Origin: Methylorubrum extorquens | Lineage (GTDB): Bacteria; Pseudomonadota; Alphaproteobacteria; Rhizobiales; Beijerinckiaceae | Assembly (NCBI GenBank): GCA_900234795.1 | Contig: LT962688.1 | Coordinates: forward strand, 60,001 to 92,000 | Reading direction: 5' to 3' | Length of the DNA: 32,000 nucleotides | Part shown: in pieces, positions 29,073 through 32,000 of the stretch | Layout: the number at the start of each line of letters is the position of its first letter | How positions within the stretch are numbered: the stretch's first letter is position 1 | Notes under the pieces: model-generated | What the model was told of the DNA's origin: nothing | Seen by the model: only the letters and a program-made list of their open reading frames with translations | Databases searched by the model: none | Made by a program: the position numbers and the translations under genes

Positions 29073-29162
29073 TCAGAACCGCTCGGGGCGGACGAGGGCG
29101 TAGGTGAGGTAGACGAGGAGCCCGGTGGTCACGAAGGCGCCGAGGGCGAGGTCGAGGGTCAT
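29073..29162 (-). CDS. kdpF: potassium-transporting ATPase subunit KdpF (29 aa)
   Basis: Not in the ORF track (too short). My translation is MTLDLALGAFVTTGLLVYLTYALVRPERF*. It has one TM helix and the ...YL.YAL..PE.F ending typical of KdpF, and its stop is 21 nt before the kdpA ATG. Confidence 0.75.
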   Translation of the reverse strand: MTLDLALGAFVTTGLLVYLTYALVRPERF

Positions 29163-29173
29163 GGCGGCTTGCC

Positions 29174-29257
29174 TCAGAGACGCTCGCAGAGCGCGGCATA
29201 GCCGGCGGCCAGGCCGAAGAAGGCGAGGCCTCCGAGCAGGAAGACGATGTCGAGCAT
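29174..29257 (-). CDS. KdpF-like small hydrophobic peptide (27 aa) upstream of kdpF
   Basis: My translation is MLDIVFLLGGLAFFGLAAGYAALCERL*. It has one TM helix plus a Y-A-x-x-x-E-R-[LF]-type tail echoing KdpF (TYALVRPERF). 24 of 27 codons end in G/C. The stop is 11 nt before the kdpF ATG. The RBS is weak. Confidence 0.4.
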   Translation of the reverse strand: MLDIVFLLGGLAFFGLAAGYAALCERL

Positions 29258-29362
29258 GGTGTGTCCGTATCCGTTCGGTCCGCCGGACGCGGGTGCCCCG
29301 CGGCTGACCTCGACCGATCCCGAATGTGGACGGGAACCGCGTTAGGGTTCGAGAGGGAAAGG

Positions 29363-29387
29363 AATGCGATCTTATAAGGATCGCATT
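29363..29387. promoter_or_regulatory. inverted repeat with AT-rich core upstream of the kdp operon (candidate operator/promoter element)
   Basis: aatgcgatc (29363-29371) / ttataag / gatcgcatt (29379-29387) form perfect 9-bp arms with a 7-nt spacer. The core cttataag is itself palindromic and could supply a -10-like TATAAG on either strand. It lies ~105 nt upstream of the first kdp small ORF. Confidence 0.25.
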
Positions 29388-29647
29388 AGGATCGGCCTGA
29401 TTCCGGGTTCGTCGCTCTTCTGCTGCGCGTGCCTGGCCGCCAAGCGGCCTGCCGCTCCTGGCAGGCGCCCGAGGCGTCGAGAAGCCTCGACCTGGGACGG
29501 GCGGCGCTGCTGCTCACCTTCATTGATCAGGGCGGCACCGGCGAAAAGCCGGCCACGGCCGCGCGCAAGCACGGCAGCGAGCTGGAGGTCATGAAGCAGC
29601 CCTCGGACTGCTTTTGCGGGGCTGCGCAGGCCCAGACCGAGGCGCGA

Positions 29648-30214
29648 TCAGGTCCCTGCTCGCAGCGTCGCAGGCGAGCGAACCCCTGACCGGAATGCCA
29701 TGCTCGCGAAGACACCATCGCGCCGGATCAGCGCATGCCGCAGCGCCGCTCCGATATGGGCGAGGATCGTGGCGAACAGCCCGTAGGCCAACACCGTGTG
29801 GAGTTCGCGTAACCAAGCGTAGACCATCGGGCTTTGCGGCAGGATCGGCGGCAGCACGAACGGCCCGACAAGCGTCACGGGGTAGCGGGCCGCCGAGAGC
29901 ATCGCCCACCCGACGAGCGGCATGGCCAGCATCAGCCCGTAGAGGACGATGTGTGAGGCATGCGCGGCCCGGCGCTGCCAGACCGGTAGATCCCGCGGCA
30001 GGGGCGGCGGTGGACGACGCCAGCGGTTCGCGAGCCGCAGGATGGCAAGGAGCAGGATCAGGAGGCCGAGCGGACGGTGCAGCGCGACCAGCGCGTGGTA
30101 GTCGGCGAGCGACGTCACCATCGCGACGCCGATCAGCAGCATGGTCAGAATCAGTGCCGCCATGCTCCAGTGGAGCAGACGTGCCGGCAGGTTGAAGCGG
30201 GTTCTGTCCGTCAC
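29648..30214 (-). CDS. cytochrome b561 family protein (Ni_hydr_CYTB-type di-haem membrane protein)
   Basis: RLLHWSMAALILTMLLIG...ALHRPLGLLILLLAILRL...HIVLYGLMLAMPLVGW...LHTVLAYGLFATILAHIGAAL shows four TM helices with conserved His ligands. The GTG start overlaps the upstream stop (GTGA). Confidence 0.85.
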   Translation of the reverse strand: MTDRTRFNLPARLLHWSMAALILTMLLIGVAMVTSLADYHALVALHRPLGLLILLLAILRLANRWRRPPPPLPRDLPVWQRRAAHASHIVLYGLMLAMPLVGWAMLSAARYPVTLVGPFVLPPILPQSPMVYAWLRELHTVLAYGLFATILAHIGAALRHALIRRDGVFASMAFRSGVRSPATLRAGT

Positions 30215-31323
30215 AGTGAGGCTCCATCCGGTGATGTGCCGGCCACGGCGCTGGGCACCTTTTCCTCACCGGCGCGCCGGGTGAAGGATCGGGCATAGGC
30301 CGCCGAGCGGGCGCTCAGCAGCGGATCATCGGAGGGGGCGATGCCGTCCGGCAGGACGAGGGGATCGAAGTTGATGTCCCGGCAAGTGCCGGCGTCCTCC
30401 GGCGCCGCGCCGGTGAGGGTCAGCGTGCCCACGTCCACGCTCTCGCGGTCGGAGGGCCACGGCAGAGTCGCGTCGTCGGTGGCGTCGCTCGCCTGACCCA
30501 GCGTCACGACAAGGTGCCAGTGCAGCGGTTCCTGCCGAAGCTCGGCCGCGAGGGTGTCGAACAGGACGTTCTTGTCGGCCTGCGCCTCCTGCGCGGCGGA
30601 TCCCGGTTCCGGTCGCCGCTCCGGCACGAAAGCCCATCGCACCGGTGTCGTACGGCCATCGCTCGCCACGAACCGGAAGGCGTTCAGGCTCCGGAAGGTG
30701 CTGTCGGCAAAGCCGGCGGTGATCGTGCGCGCCTTGATCAAGGCTGCCGCCTTCGCACTCTCAGGATGCATGGCGAAGAACGCCTTCAGGCGCTCAGGGT
30801 CGGGCTTGCCGGTGGCCGGATCCGGCTTGGCGGCGAGCAACTGCTCGTAGAAGGCCTCCGGCGTGCGCACCGGGAAGACCGGGATGTTGTTCATGCCTGT
30901 CCGCCACTCCTCGCCCTCGGGCAGCCGGAAGCGCAGGGCGAGGCTGCGCACGGTGGCCGCCGCATCGGCCGCGTAGGGCTGCCCGCCCGCGAGCGCGACC
31001 CGTCCCTCAACCGGCGTCACGCGCCCCGCCGAGAACACGCTGGCCTTCGAGAGACGGGCTCCTGCTCCGTTGCTGGCGAAATCGCCGGCCACGCACAGGC
31101 CCTTGGCATGGTTGCGCCGGAAGCCGGGATGGGGACCGTTCACCTGCTCGAAGCGGTCGACGACGCGCGCCGGGGTCAGTGCGTCCGGTGACAACCAGCC
31201 GCCCGCATAGGTGAAGGCTCCGGCCGTTCCGGCGAGCACCGCGCCGATGCCGGCAAGGCGCAGCATCAGGGCGCGCGTGGTCATTCCGGGAGGCGCCCCG
31301 GTCAGGTGGTGCAGCAGGGTCAT
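30211..31323 (-). CDS. catalase-related haem protein (catalase-family peroxidase, small type)
   Basis: GPHPGFRRNHAKGLCVAGDF (distal His region), RSLALRFRLPEGEEWRTGMNNIPVFPVRTPEAF and FRSLNAFRFV follow the catalase core fold motifs. An N-terminal signal/anchor is present (LMLRLAGIGAVLAGTAGA). ATG 31323 was chosen; the track start 31482 would overlap the anti-sigma gene. Confidence 0.8.
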   Translation of the reverse strand: MTLLHHLTGAPPGMTTRALMLRLAGIGAVLAGTAGAFTYAGGWLSPDALTPARVVDRFEQVNGPHPGFRRNHAKGLCVAGDFASNGAGARLSKASVFSAGRVTPVEGRVALAGGQPYAADAAATVRSLALRFRLPEGEEWRTGMNNIPVFPVRTPEAFYEQLLAAKPDPATGKPDPERLKAFFAMHPESAKAAALIKARTITAGFADSTFRSLNAFRFVASDGRTTPVRWAFVPERRPEPGSAAQEAQADKNVLFDTLAAELRQEPLHWHLVVTLGQASDATDDATLPWPSDRESVDVGTLTLTGAAPEDAGTCRDINFDPLVLPDGIAPSDDPLLSARSAAYARSFTRRAGEEKVPSAVAGTSPDGASL

Positions 31324-31330
31324 GGATGCC

Positions 31331-32000
31331 TCAGGTGTTCGTCGCGGTCGTGCGGCGGATCTCGTTGGCCAGGGGATGAAGGACAGCCGGATCGCTGGCA
31401 CCCACAAGGCTGTAGCCGAGCCCGTCCTGGGCCCAGGCGTAGCCGGCGGCCGACCTGGACCGGTGCTCACGCATGGGCGCATCGCCCGGCTGGGCCATGG
31501 GCCGCATCAGCATGACCAGACGCGTGCCATGATGGTCGTCATACATCAGCAGACCTGCCGGACCGTGCGGCGTGGCCACCAGCCGTCCGCCCATTAGCCG
31601 GTAGCCGGAGGAACTTAGGTCCGGCACGCCGACACGGCGGTCGAGCCGGGCAGAGAACCAGCGGGCGAGTTCGTCGCTGTCGCTCGCCGCGAGTTCGACC
31701 GGGCGCAGGCGGTCGGGGGCATAGACGGCGTAGTTCGCGCTCGCCTCCTGGGCCAAGGCATCGACCCCGGTCATCGGCGAAGACAGCGTTCCGCGAAGAC
31801 CCCAGCCGCCCAAACCTCCGAGCGCGAGGAGGACGGCAGCGGCCGCAGCCTGCCAGGTGGGCAGACGCGGGCGCCGCCGTGCCTCGACGAGGTGTGCGAG
31901 GTTGAGCTGGGCCGGAACGGGTTCGGCGGCCACCGGGCCGAAGGCTCCGCGCAGGTCGTCACCGAGTGCGCGCATGCGCTCGACGCGTCGGCTGAGATCG
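31331..32000 (-). CDS. anti-sigma factor (single-pass, periplasmic C-terminal domain), 5' end outside window
   Basis: The frame stays open upstream of the listed Met to the window edge (…DLSRRVERMRALGDDL…). It has a TM segment (WQAAAAAVLLALGGLGGWGL) and then …YAVYAPDRLRPVELAASDSDELARWFSARLDRRVGVPDLSSSGYRLMGGRLV…LLMYDD…, typical of ECF anti-sigma periplasmic domains. Confidence 0.65.
   Translation of the reverse strand, partial: DLSRRVERMRALGDDLRGAFGPVAAEPVPAQLNLAHLVEARRRPRLPTWQAAAAAVLLALGGLGGWGLRGTLSSPMTGVDALAQEASANYAVYAPDRLRPVELAASDSDELARWFSARLDRRVGVPDLSSSGYRLMGGRLVATPHGPAGLLMYDDHHGTRLVMLMRPMAQPGDAPMREHRSRSAAGYAWAQDGLGYSLVGASDPAVLHPLANEIRRTTATNT

Noticed and set aside
29593-29616. Short hairpin gaagcag-ccctcgga-ctgcttttg just downstream of the cytochrome b561 stop; considered as its terminator or as a plus-strand sRNA terminator.
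   Set aside because: The T-run follows the stem only on the plus strand, the wrong orientation for the minus-strand gene. The stem is only 6 bp, and no convincing plus-strand gene or promoter precedes it.

Overview
32 kb of high-GC DNA, roughly 70% GC by eye over most of the window. Codon usage and protein families look alphaproteobacterial (Methylobacterium/Rhizobiales-like); the taxon is inference only. There are four blocks. (1) 1-5.0 kb, minus strand: a visibly lower-GC glycosyltransferase island (a partial GT, a large GT2-X-GT4 fusion, a GT4 and a small unknown ORF). Two of its reading frames appear broken by 1-nt frameshifts. (2) 5.4-5.9 kb and 18.6-18.8 kb: two degenerate, co-oriented fragments of an IS3-family transposase, 56/64 nt identical in the shared core, which bracket block 3. 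(3) 5964-18543, plus strand: a 12-gene, about 12.6 kb operon in which 10 of 11 gene junctions overlap (ATGA/GTGA/TGATG). It encodes two extended-SDR sugar-nucleotide epimerase/dehydratase homologues, a B12-binding radical-SAM enzyme, a GT4 glycosyltransferase, three tandem CgeB-like glycosyltransferase paralogues, UDP-glucuronate decarboxylase and myo-inositol-1-phosphate synthase. It also encodes a histidine-phosphatase-family protein with a ~62-aa in-frame insertion, a CmoB-like (Methyltransf_9) methyltransferase, and a clan GH-A-like hydrolase whose barrel segments appear circularly permuted. No transporter, flippase, polymerase, lipid-carrier transferase or membrane protein is encoded. I therefore read it as a cytoplasmic pathway for an inositol-based, pentose-containing, methylated glycoside or oligosaccharide of unknown structure. 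This is the best candidate for an undescribed system in the window. (4) 18.8-32 kb, mostly minus strand: a membrane-anchored orphan TAXI-type solute-binding protein, a small ORF, and a complete kdp locus (KdpF-like peptide, kdpF, kdpA, an extra 62-aa membrane ORF, kdpB, kdpC, kdpD, kdpE). These are followed by cytochrome b561, a catalase-related haem protein and a partial anti-sigma factor. No rRNA, tRNA or CRISPR array was seen. All family calls rest on motif recognition by eye; no searches were run.
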